64,000 nucleotides of DNA from Octopus sinensis. Its lineage: Eukaryota. Positions within the stretch are counted from its first letter, which is position 1, and every line of letters begins with the position of its first letter. The notes under the pieces are model-generated. The model did no database searches. It worked only from the letters and a program-made list of their open reading frames with translations, and was not told the DNA's origin. The position numbers and the translations under genes are program-made. Positions 52,245-64,000 of the stretch are shown piece after piece. The DNA lies in assembly GCF_006345805.1 (NCBI RefSeq), contig NC_043001.1, positions 132,680,001 through 132,744,000 on the forward strand. Reading direction: 5' to 3'.

Positions 52245-53103
52245 ACAGCTGGATGACCTTCTGTAGAATATCCTTTATAATATTTACTCACTCCCTATCT
52301 CCAATCCCTACCTCCAACCATCTCTCACTCTCTCATTTACTCTTGTAGCCTCTACTCATCCATGCTTCATACCCTCCTGTCCTCACACACTTCTATGCAT
52401 CCCATATTTTGAGGGCTCCCTGACACTTCATCACCAATATCTTTTTTAACTCTTTCCAGCACCTTAAGAACTTACTCCCCCCTTTTCTTCTATAATGTGA
52501 GTAGCTGTATAGCTCCTCTACAGCAAAGAAAAACCTGTTCTGTTCAGGAGTTTTCTCTCTCACTTCTCCCTCATCTCATAGCATCAAGTCACCTCCCTCT
52601 CTACTCTAGCCCCACTCAGTCGAAGGGGATTTTAATCTTGCAAGCTACATAGTGACAGCATTAGGGCCATGAAGAAAAGCACCCATTTACATGCTGTAAA
52701 ACGGTTGACATTAGGACAGGCATCCAACTGTGGAAACCATGCCAAAGCAGTCATTGAAGCACTATGCAGGTTATGAACTTGTCATCGTGATAATGATGAT
52801 GATGATGACAATGGCAACAATGACAACAACATTCAAGAGTACCAAGTAACAGAAAGCAGAAAATGCATTACAAGTTGACAAAACCCATTGATCCTTTCAG
52901 AGTTGATCAACTAAGTAGTGTCTTTACTATTACCTGAACCCTGCAAGAATTGAGTGTGTCTATTGAACAAAAAGGAAAAGACTTATATGTTCTTGTAGAT
53001 GATAGAAAACCAGATTGAATGCTACACAGCATTTAATCATTCTGAGTTCAAATCACAACAGATCTGCTTTTTTTTACGTTCCTTTGAAGTAAAAACAAAT
53101 ATC

Positions 53104-53338
53104 TATTTCTTTACTACCCACAAGGGGCTAAACACAGAGGGGACAAACAAGGACAGACAGATGGATTAAGTCGATTACATCGACCCCAGTGTGTAACTGG
53201 TACTTAATTTATCGACCCCGAAAGGATGAAAGGCAAAGTCGACCTCGGCGGAATTTGAACTCAGAACGTAACGGCAGACAAAATACGGCTATGCATTTCA
53301 CCCAGCGTGCTAACGTTTCTGCCAGCTCACAGCCTCGT
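53104..53338 (-). mobile_element. SINE family B with 17-bp TSD
   Basis: AAGTAAAAACAAATATC at 53087-53103 and 53339-53355. Confidence 0.9.
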
Positions 53339-54109
53339 AAGTAAAAACAAATATCAGTGGTCATATGCTTGGATAATCTCAAGCCAAGGAAGTGGCAGAT
53401 TCCTTATGCATGATGTATTTAATATAGAGTATATTGTTGCATGCCACACCTCAAAACAGGATCATAGTCAGAGCTAAAATCTAGATTCTGTATTTTTCAG
53501 CAAATAAGTCAAATTTTTCAAACCAAAATTAACAGCCAAAAGAGGTAGGTCAACTTTAATTTCAAAACAACTTTGGAAAACCACAGCAGGATTTGGAAAG
53601 ATGGTGATGTTTGAATTTGACACTACATGTATAACATTATATACTACAATGACTTGTATACCAGAAAATACAGCATTTATTCCTGATAGTGAGGTAAACT
53701 GAAGACTGTATAGAATAAAATATTTTGTTCAAAACCTTATGAGATGCTATCAATTGTTATGCACTTATGTTCCATTGGCATATGGTCAAATATCACAACT
53801 ACTAAGCTATTTCTACAATGCTACACTCTAAAAAGGCTATCTTGGCTTGATATAAGCAAAAGAAAAAAAAAACAAAAGACAAGTTATAAAAATAAACAAG
53901 TACAATGCATACACACACATACATACATACATACATACATAACACACACTATATATATATATATATATATATTATACATACATATATATATATTGTATGT
54001 ATATATATATATAATATATTGTATTTATATATAATATATATGTATGTATATATATATATATATGTATGTATATATTATATGTATATATATATATGTATTA
54101 TATATTATG

Positions 54110-54142
<33 letters not shown>

Positions 54143-54164
54143 GGTATGTATATTATATTGTATG

Positions 54165-54224
<60 letters not shown>

Positions 54225-54265
54225 TACATATATATTACTATATATATATACATATATATATATAT

Positions 54266-54458
54266 GCGGGTGGCACGTAAAAAGCACCCACTACACTCAC
54301 GAGTGGTTGGCGTTAGGAAGGGCATCCAGCCGTAGAAACACTGCCAGATTGACTGGGCCTGATGAAGCCTTCTGGCTTCACAGACCCCAGTAGAACCGTC
54401 CAACCCATGCTAGCATGGAAAACGGACGCTAAACGATGATGATGATGATGATGATGAT
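54266..54458 (+). mobile_element. RTE LINE 3'-tail copy
   Basis: Reverse complement of 33974-34160; ends in (GAT)n. Confidence 0.85.
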
Positions 54459-54979
54459 ATACACACACACTCTCACATACATATATCATATATACATGTA
54501 TACACACATACACACACACACACACACAACGGATAAAAGTCATTTTAATTTGTACATCTGTGTACGGCATAAATATATCATGAAACAATTTGATTAGAAC
54601 CGAGGAAATATTCAACTATGGCAACATAAACTTACTCCTGTCATTAAAATGTCTTAGAAAACTGCAGTAAATATCTTACAGCATCTTTGGCAAATAAGAA
54701 ATAAGTTAAGCTAGATAAACAAGTGTGTACAAAAGAAAGGTCATGAATTAACTGCTTGTTTTCAGAAGCATAAACTGATGCTTATTGGCATTTCTCTAAC
54801 AAAGTGTTATATACAGTTAATGACTTTTAAAAGGTGTGCATGTGTCTGCATGAGAGTGAGGAAAAAGTAAACCTGCTTTAAACTAAAAATATATCAAGAA
54901 TAAGAATTACTTAATTAACCTTGCTCCAAGATATACACGAACACGTTCTCAATAATTCACATGCATTTTGAATATATAC

Positions 54980-55109
54980 ATAACATCATATATATATACA
55001 TATATGTATATATATATATATATATATTATTATATATATATATGCATATATATATATATGTGTATATATACACATATATTTATATATATATATGTATATA
55101 TACACATAT

Positions 55110-55206
<97 letters not shown>

Positions 55207-55361
55207 ATATTATATATATATATATATGTATATATACACATATATTTATATATATGTATGTATATATACACATATATTTATAAATATATATATATATATA
55301 TATAATATATATATATATATATGTATATATATGATGTAGAGATAGGTGATGGATAAACAGC

Positions 55362-55392
<31 letters not shown>

Positions 55393-55500
55393 GTAAAGTA
55401 TGGATGAATGCATGTATGTGCATGTGTGAGTATGTGTGTGCATATATTTGTGTGGGTGTGTGTTATGTATGTATGTATGTATGCATGTGCATGTGTGTCT

Positions 55501-55534
<34 letters not shown>

Positions 55535-55700
55535 TGTTTGTATGTATGTGTGTATGTATGTATGTATGTATGTATGTGTGTGTGTGTATGTGTATGTATG
55601 TATTTATGTATGTATGCATGTATGTATGTATGTATGTATGTATGTATGTATGTATTTATGTATGTATGTATGTATGTATGTATGTATGTATGTATTTATG
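54980..55700. repeat. (TA)n / (GATA)n / (TATG)n compound microsatellite
   Basis: Direct reading. Confidence 0.9.
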
Positions 55701-55897
55701 TATGTACGTATGTAGGTGCGCTTGTGTGTGTTTTAATATTTCAAATGATGGGAAAAGGCAGCATCAAAAGTTATCTACAACCATGCAACTGCAATCATAA
55801 TAACAAGAAAATATTATTGTAAAATGGAATTGTTTGATCAAAAGACATTGGTTAACCCATTTGTTACTTTATTTTCTAACTATATATATTGAGTATA

Positions 55898-56292
55898 CTC
55901 TTTTACTTGTTTCAGTCATTTGTCTGCGGCCATGCTGGAGCATGTAGTCGAGCAAATCGACCCTGGGACTTATTCTTTGTAAGCTCAGTACTTATCCTAT
56001 CGGTCTCTTTTGCCGAACCACTAAGTGACGGGAATGTAAACACATGAGCATCGGTTGTCAAGCAATGCTAGGGGGACAAACACAGACACACAAACATATA
56101 CACACACATACATATATATACATATATACGACAGGCTTCTTTCAGTTTCCGTCTACCAAATCAACTCACAAGGCATTGGTCGGCCCGGAGCTATAGCAGA
56201 AGACACTTGCCCAAGATGCCACGCAGTGGGACTGAACCCGGAACCATGTGGTTGGTAAGCAAGCTACTTACCACACAGCCACTCCTGTGCCT
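55898..56292 (-). mobile_element. tRNA-derived SINE, family A
   Basis: Full-length family match. Confidence 0.9.
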
Positions 56293-56743
56293 ATATGTTT
56301 ATACTTAAATTTGAAAATAATCAGGAATTTGGGGGGGTTAAGCAAATTAACAAACTTTCCATTATTAAGCCAGTGTTGGGAGTATAACAAAAAAGTTTTT
56401 ATACAAAATTGTGGTGGAGGTTTTAAATTACATTTGCACACGTTCGTATCAGGCAGGTTGATATCAAAGGGATTAATAAAATGTCCAGTGACTGTTTAAT
56501 GAAGAGTTACATTTCATAACATTTTGAAATTTCAAGAAATTTATAGTTTTTAAAACAAACAAATATACAGAGATATCTGTATTTTTTAAGATAGCCTCCA
56601 GGCTTTTACTCAAAAAATTAGAAATGTTATAAATGTTAGAATGTATGTATGCATGTACAAACACATGAATGTAAGCATTTGTGAAATGTATGTATATATG
56701 TATACATACGTGTGTATGTGCATATGTGTGTGTGTGTGTGTGT

Positions 56744-56790
<47 letters not shown>

Positions 56791-56889
56791 TGCATGTATA
56801 ATGGCTCCCCAGACCCCAGTTGAACCGTCCAACCCATGCTAGCATGGAAAACGGACGTTAAACGATGATGATGATGATATTATGTATTT

Positions 56890-57306
56890 AGGTGCAGACA
56901 TGGCTGTGTTATAAGAAGCTTGCTTCTCAACCACTTGGTTCCAGGTTCAGTCCCACCTCATAGCATCTTGGGTAAGTGCCTTCTACTCTAGTCTTGTGAG
57001 TGGATTTGGTAGACAGAAACTGAAAAAAGCCCATCATATGTGTGTGGGGGGATGTGTGTGTGTGTGTATGTATATATCTATGTGTGAGTGTCTTTAGGTC
57101 TGTGTTTGTCCCCTTATCACCACTTGACAACTGGTATTGGTGTGTTTACATCCCCACGACTTAGCAGTTCAACAAAAGAGACTGAAGGAATAAGTACTAA
57201 GCTTAAGAAATAATTCCCATGGTTGAATTGTTTGACTAAATCCCTTCGAAGCAGTGCTCCAGCATGGCTGCAGTCAAATGACTGAAATAAGTAAAATAAT
57301 AAAAGA
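56890..57306 (+). mobile_element. SINE family A, older divergent copy
   Basis: Divergent match over the full length. Confidence 0.75.
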
Positions 57307-57679
57307 ATATATATATATGTAGACATACATATATATAAGCATACACACATATATGTGTGTGTATGTGTGTTTATGTATATACACACACATTCATACATTT
57401 ATATACACATATACATTCACTTACAGACAGATACAGACACATACATACATAAATATATGGATGTGTGTGTTGGTTTAAGTCAGGCAGCTACATAGAAGCT
57501 CCCTCATTTGTGTATACACTCAGATAAACACTTAGAAATCTACATGAGAAAGTCTTAAAAATTAAATAAAGATAAATAGACATGGTATAAGAATTTATCC
57601 AGGTGTGTGATTGATTTAAAATTTTTAGAAATTAGGGGAAAACATTTTATCGTAACTTGCATGTGGGTTATGGAGTAGC

Positions 57680-58110
57680 ATAAGAGAGCGTCAGATATAA
57701 TGCTTTGCCATATTTTGCATACAAATGTCTCCAAAATGTAACATCTGATATAGCCTTGAATTCAACACAAAGCTATGACCAACAAAATCTAACTGACATT
57801 GAGCAATGATAGTAAAGATTGGGTGGAATGCCTCCATAAATCTACCCTTTGATCCTGTGCTCATGACATGTGATGTTCTGTGTCCTCATGGGAATCATTG
57901 TGCTCCAATCAAGTACTAGGATTCATTTATCTGACAGTATATTTCACTAAAATTTGTTGTCTTGCATCTGTAGGAAGTTATTTAGTAGAATGCTGAACTA
58001 AATGCTGTTACAGAATTTAGTTTAATCTCTCTACAATCTGAGCTGAAATGTCACCTATGATGTCATCTAGGTATTTCATATGGATTTATGAAAGCCAAGT
58101 TTTGCATTAA
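57680..58110 (-). mobile_element. Old RTE-X-like LINE fragment
   Basis: Minus strand MRTQNITCHEHRIKG*IYGGIPP...AISDVTFWR aligns to MRAQNLSWKHHPTKMQIYGKLPP...VISTLLLWK of 51871-52244. Confidence 0.55.
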
Positions 58111-58856
58111 AGAGACAGAGAGAAGGGCTGAAAGCATCGGAAAAGGTGATGTCACTATTGCAGTAATAAACATATAAAGTTCTGCTAAGTATAGAGTTCT
58201 AAGAAGTACAAGTTAAGCTACTTAGAATTTACATCCTGATTTTATGTGGAGAAATTTTTTTTTTTAATTCTTTTTCTTTTGTTTGGAGGAAGGGCTTAAA
58301 GATTTGGGCCATGAATGTGAAAGATCTATGAAGACGAGCAAAGGAATTGTATAATATCAGTTGGATGCTAAAGTGTTAGGTGGTGGATAAGTAAAACAAT
58401 AAAGTTACTAGACATTGATACTATTAGTCAATGTATGCAGAAGCAGTGACTGGATGCTTTGGTTTGTACAGGTGATGTAAACAGATAAAAGTAACTGTGA
58501 AGAAATAGATACTGTATGCTGACACTGGATGAAACCAGTGGTAGAGGAAGACCAAAGAAATGTGAAAAATCAGGGTGAGGTCGAAACATGGGTCTCGTTG
58601 CCTCAAAGAAGATATGATATAGGATTTAGTAGAGTGGGGATAAAAGCTGTACTGCAAACCTAGCCAAATCAGAGAAAAAGGAGGAAATGGTTTGTGGTGG
58701 TGGGTAGGGAGGCTGCTGCTGATTACAAAGGTTACATAACTTCTTACATTGCAGTTGTATAAATGGACTCTCTGGTCAAATTTGATGGGCAAATGTTCCA
58801 CTTGTTCTACCGATAAGGTTGTCAACTCTTTATAGTGTAATTACAGTTTAAATATG

Positions 58857-59263
58857 GTGGAGGCACAATGGCCCAGTGGTTAGGGCAGCGGACTCGCGGT
58901 CATAGGATCGCGGTCATAGGATCGCGGTTTCGATTCCCAGACCGGGCGTTGTGAGTGTTTATTGAGCGAAAACACCTAAAGCTCCACGAGGCTCCGGCAG
59001 GGGATGGTGGTGACCCCTGCTGTACTCTTTCACCACAAATTTCTCTCACTCTTTCTTCCTGCTTCTGTTGTACCTGTATTTCAAAGGGCTGGCCTTGTCA
59101 CTCTCTGTGTCATGCTGAATATCCCCGAGAACCACGTTAAGGGTACGCATGTCTGTGGAGTGCTCAGCCACTTACACGTTAATTTCATGAGCAGGCTGTT
59201 CCGTTGATTTGGATCAACCGGAACCCTCATCGTCGTAACTGACGTAACTGACGGAGTGCTTCC
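58857..59263 (+). mobile_element. tRNA-derived SINE, family C
   Basis: TGGCCCAGTGGTTAGG (A box), GGTTTCGATTCCC (B box), tRNA-Arg-like anticodon arm; a 14-bp internal duplication TCATAGGATCGCGG x2 and CGTAACTGA x2 near the tail. Confidence 0.8.
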
Positions 59264-60475
59264 CACAGTTTAAATCATTGAGTAATCCACAGACAATATA
59301 CCATTAGTGTAATCCTGAGAATCAGTGTAATAGAGAGTATAGCAAGACTGGCTTTCAAATCACAGGTTCAATCCATATGATGGGCTTCTGTACAGTTTCA
59401 TTCACAAGAATTCAGTCAATCTAAAGCAATGGTAGAAGATGCCCTCTCAAACTACTGAACTGTGAGATTGAATCTAGAATCCTGTGACTGCAAAGCTTAT
59501 TTGTTAACCACACAGCCACATGCCCATGAAACACTCCAAGTGATTAGCTAATGCAACACTCCCACTGATTAGCAAACTAAATTTAATTGAAAAATTTCAG
59601 AGGGACACAGTAATTTTAGATTGGTAACAAGATGGATTATATTATTTCGTTTTGTTGTATTTTTCCTTTATTTCAGGATTTAAACATAAAATTGTAAAAA
59701 TTTAGGATTAATAAACAGATGAAGAATTTCTGGACTTTTTTTTTAGATGTAAGGAAAACCAACAACAAAGGATAATATTTTGCTGTTCTGAGGTTTTGCT
59801 ATATTTATTTATTTTTTTTTTTTAGGTAGGGCAGGTCAATTTTGAAATAGAAAAAAAACTACCAATTAAACACAAAATAACACAGTAACTTGTTATAGTG
59901 GGGTGTGACACATTAAGTCTAGGGGTAGTAGGCAAATTGCTGACTAATGGAACACAAAAAGGGATTTCTTTCCTCTTCGGTAGCAGCATGCAAGTAGCGA
60001 TTATAGCATGGAAATAATGGTCAAAAGTTCACAGATGTATAAATGGTTCTGATTACATCTGGTTACTCGCCTTCTAATTACATATGCAAATCTGGCTTAA
60101 ATTTTTTGTTTTTTTTATTGCTTGCATACATCAATGGCTATTGATCAGCATAACATAAAAAAAAACCAAGCTGAGATCATCAAACTTGGTCAGTTTTCAT
60201 CAACAGAAGCTTGTCTTACTCCTTCTCATTTAGTGCCAAATAGTGCTGCTACTTCAAGCATAACTACTACCACTGTTACGATTACAGCCATTATTACTAT
60301 CATCACTAATACTAGCATAATATAATCCCTAACCACTATTATTAGTACTGCTACTAACATAACTATTGCCAAAATACGACTACCACTACTAACAAATTTA
60401 ATTATTTGTACTATTATTAGCACCACTAGCATTACTACTATCACTGTTACTCTGCTTTGCTGCTACTGCTGCTTA

Positions 60476-60519
60476 GTAGTAGTAGTAGTAGTAGTAGTAG
60501 CAGCAGCAGTTGTAATAGT

Positions 60520-60554
<35 letters not shown>

Positions 60555-60618
60555 TAGTAGTAGTTTACTATTATTTTTACAATTACAAGCAGATCTCTAG
60601 TCACTACTACTACTACTA

Positions 60619-60657
<39 letters not shown>

Positions 60658-60663
60658 TACTAC
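60476..60663. repeat. (AGT/AGC)n followed by (ACT)n - mutually inverted triplet arrays
   Basis: Direct reading. Confidence 0.85.
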
Positions 60664-61386
60664 TGTAAAGGTAAAAAAAAAATTTTAATAACTTTATATT
60701 TTCCAATTTGATATTGCCACTATCTCACCTCTGCACCCCACCACCACCACCACCACCAACAAGCCAAAAATATGCTCCTTGCTGAACTAGTTGTGTCACA
60801 TTAAAAATGAAGGGAGGGAGGGAGAGAAAGAGAGAAGGAGGCGGAGACAGACAGACAGACAGACAAAGAGACAGGTGGACAGACACAGAGATGGAGACGG
60901 AAGGAAAATCTCGACTATTTGGAGAGATATGAGAGCAGGGAAAGACAGCTGATGAAGGAAGAGGGGAAATGGATAGAGAAATGGTAAACAGAGAGAAGAG
61001 AGGAGATAGTTAATTTTAGAATTGGCAAGGAAGTGCTGCCAGAGGAAAACTGAGCCAGCAGATACTATGTCCAGAGATGGAGAGAGAGGATACAGTAGGG
61101 TGGTGGTGAAGGGCTTATGAACAGAGACAGAGGGAGAAAGAGAGAGAGAGAGAGAAAATGCACAGATAGTATGCAGGAGGGGAGGAAGGTGAGTTGGTTG
61201 GTTCCATAAATGGAATAGGAGATATAAGTAATTGATATTCTAAACTTACCTATAAATCAGAGTACATTCAACAAGCCTAATTTAGGCAACCTGTCAGAGC
61301 AGAAGGGATCAGTACCTTTTAGTGCTTATCAATGTTTGTTCTTGTTGTTCATTATTTGTGATGAACAATGACATCAAATTCTGGAT

Positions 61387-61417
<31 letters not shown>

Positions 61418-61466
61418 AATCCCCAAAAAAGAACAGCAAACACAAATTAAAAAAAGAAAACAACAT

Positions 61467-61878
61467 AGGCGCAGGAGTGGCTGTGTGGTAAGTAGCTTGC
61501 TAACCAACCATATGGTTCCGGGTTCAGTCCCACTGCGTGGCAACTTGGGCAAGTGTCTTCTGCTATAGCCCCGTTCCGACCAATGCCTTGTGAGTGGATT
61601 TGGTAGATGGAAACTGAAAGAAGCCTGTCGTATATATGTGTATATATATATAAGTGTGTGTGTATATGTTTGTGTGTCTGTGTTTGTCCCCCTAGCATTG
61701 CTTGACAACCGATGCTGGTGTGTTTACGTCCCCGTTACTTAGCGGTTCGGCAAAAGAGACCGATAGAATAAGTACTGGGCTTACAAAGAATAAGTCCCGA
61801 GGTCGATTTGCTCAACTAAAGGCGGTGCTCCAGCATGGCCGCAGTCAAATGACTGAAACAAGTAAAAGAGTAAAAGAG
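61467..61878 (+). mobile_element. tRNA-derived SINE, family A
   Basis: Full-length family match. Confidence 0.9.
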
Positions 61879-61930
61879 TATGTGGTGCATGTAAAGTATT
61901 AGCAGACGCTGAGGGAAGGAAAGAAAGATG

Positions 61931-61965
61931 GTTTGATATTTCGTGCAATGCTCTTCTTCAGAAAC
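61931..61965 (-). ncRNA. Minimal type I hammerhead motif
   Basis: GUUU-CUGAAGA-A-GAGC-AUU-GCAC-GAAAU-AUC-AAAC: stem I GUUU/AAAC, palindromic stem III AUAU, AUC triplet; one mismatch in stem II. Confidence 0.6.
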
Positions 61966-62084
61966 AGAGGAAAGTCCAATAGAAAGGAAGATGGAGCAAG
62001 AAAATCGCCAACAATTCACATGTGGTTACATTTTGGATATATATAAAGAGAGAGAGTGTATATATGTGTGTGTGTATGTGTGTA

Positions 62085-62125
<41 letters not shown>

Positions 62126-62127
62126 TA

Positions 62128-62158
<31 letters not shown>

Positions 62159-62324
62159 CATATATAGAGAGATAGAGAGGGAGAGAGAGAGAGAGAGTGA
62201 GAAGTAGACAGAGAGAGATTGGTAGACAGGTGTATAGAGATATATACCTATGTGTGTGTATGTAAGTATATCTATTGATATGCATACATATATACACATG
62301 CATGCATACATCTACATGCATGCT

Positions 62325-62356
<32 letters not shown>

Positions 62357-62450
62357 ATATATATAATATATATTTAAATATGCATGTGTGCAGATGTATG
62401 TTTGCATATATGTATATGTAGAGAGAGATATATATATGTGTGTGTGTATG

Positions 62451-62516
<66 letters not shown>

Positions 62517-62560
62517 TGTGTGTGTGTGTGTGTATAAATAGATAGATAGATATAGATATA

Positions 62561-62610
62561 CACAAAAGGGTGCTGAAAAATTCCTGGCTTTAAGGGTATC
62601 GCAAAAGGTT
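62561..62610 (+). mobile_element. Possible isolated mariner TIR fragment
   Basis: TA|CACAAAAGGGTGCTGAAAAATTCCTGGCTTT resembles mariner-type termini; no partner found. Confidence 0.3.
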
Positions 62611-63171
62611 GGTAGAAACTGTTAAAACTGTGACACTAGAGCAAAATGTGGTCCTCCAGCATACTGGATCCTGTTAAACCATTTGTTTCATACTAGCATG
62701 GAAAACAGATGGATGATGATGAGGAGGATGAGGATAATGATGATGATGATGATGATGATGATGCATTTATCCATATATACATACATGCATACATAATCAT
62801 TGCTGGAGAAAGAATCATTTGTGCATGCATGCCTGATTGTGTGTATATGTGTTACAATATTGCATTAGAAAAGAGAGAAAGTCTGTGAGAGAGTGAGAAC
62901 GGGAGGAAGAGACAGAGAGAGAGAGACAGACAGAGAAAATTGGCAAAAGAGGTGAAGTGAGGTTGATGCTGATCTTCTCCTTCTTGTTTCCTTTTTTTTT
63001 TTTTTTCAAGCAAGAAAAATGATAAATTTTAATCATAGTTCTTCTAAACAGAACTGAGTTCTCATAATATTGCAAATATGATATATCACACATTTATTAA
63101 AATTTTTTTTAATTACCCCCAACACACATACACACACCACACACACACACACACATACACACACACACACA

Positions 63172-63212
<41 letters not shown>

Positions 63213-64000
63213 ACACACACACACACACATACACACATACATACAAGCCACAACACATGACGATGTTGTGTTTCAATTCTAATTATTTCTTCCAATGTTG
63301 CCAGGATGCCAAGATAGTTTATACTGAAGAAAGTTACATAGGGTTTATTTATTTTTGTTGTTGTATTGTTGTTGTTTGTTTAATTGATATTTTGTTTACT
63401 TTTTGTAGTTAAATTTAAAAGAAAATCTGTTTTATAATTTTTTTTTAATAATATTTTTTTTATCCTTTAGGATGGATTTCATTGAAGTCCTATGCATCTC
63501 ATGTGACATTATGAGGCCTTCATGTCTGGTCATTGCCATGTCTTTTATTTTGCCTCTGTCTTTTTTCATCTTCCTCTTCATCCTCCTCTTCCTCCTTTTC
63601 TTCGTTCTGGTTCTTTTAAACCAATATCTGTATAGATTACCAAGCTAGGGAATTCTACGAATGAAACTCTGATTGGAGACACAAAGGCAACTGAAGGTGA
63701 AAGAAAGGCAATATCAGGATGGGAGAGAAAATATATAGAGGAGGGAAAGAGAGAGAGAAAGAGGGAGGAGAGAGAGAGAAAGAGGGAGGAGAGAGAGAGA
63801 CAAGGAGGCAGTAAAAGAATGAGAGAGAAAAGTGTAAAAGATAGTGAAAGAGAGAAAATGTAAGAGATAATGAAATAGGAAAGAGAAACAAAATGAGGAA
63901 GAGAGAAAGAGTAAAATAATGTCAAAGAATAAGGGAGAAAGAGAGAGGAAGTAATAGATAGAGAGAAAGAACTGAAAGGAGAGTAAATGAGTGAGAATGT

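Noticed and set aside
58857-58950. tRNA gene
   Set aside because: It is a tRNA-like head only, with no acceptor-stem closure, an internal duplication and a continuing SINE body. The same applies to the other SINE heads.
59930-60110. Octamer ATGCAAAT as an snRNA or regulatory element
   Set aside because: A single 8-mer with no adjacent snRNA or PSE; expected by chance.

Overview
AT-rich, microsatellite-dense animal genomic DNA with one 100-N scaffold gap at 15323-15422. It is most probably octopus/cephalopod; this is inferred from recognising the repeat families, not from a database search. No host protein-coding gene could be identified, and nearly all listed ORFs are translations of (TA)n/(CATA)n/(ATT)n tracts or SINE antisense frames. 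The window is a transposon graveyard. It holds about 14 near-full copies of one tRNA-derived SINE family, several copies of other SINE families, and a 3.1-kb 5'-truncated RTE-clade LINE with a PHD finger inside its RT ORF, plus many 3'-tail copies of that LINE. It also holds RTE-X-like, R4/Dong-like and Penelope-like (RT and GIY-YIG) remnants, a decayed mariner, a Tigger-like remnant and non-autonomous Helitrons. The most striking unannotated signal is a set of fold-back (long inverted-repeat) elements. Two of them (48473-49013 and 49238-49772) carry an outward-facing type I hammerhead ribozyme motif in each arm. They lie next to a fifth hammerhead with covarying stems and a Penelope GIY-YIG remnant. 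Further solo or degenerate hammerhead motifs occur at about 475, 17.2 kb, 46.7 kb and 61.9 kb. Coordinates were counted by eye and may be off by a few bases.
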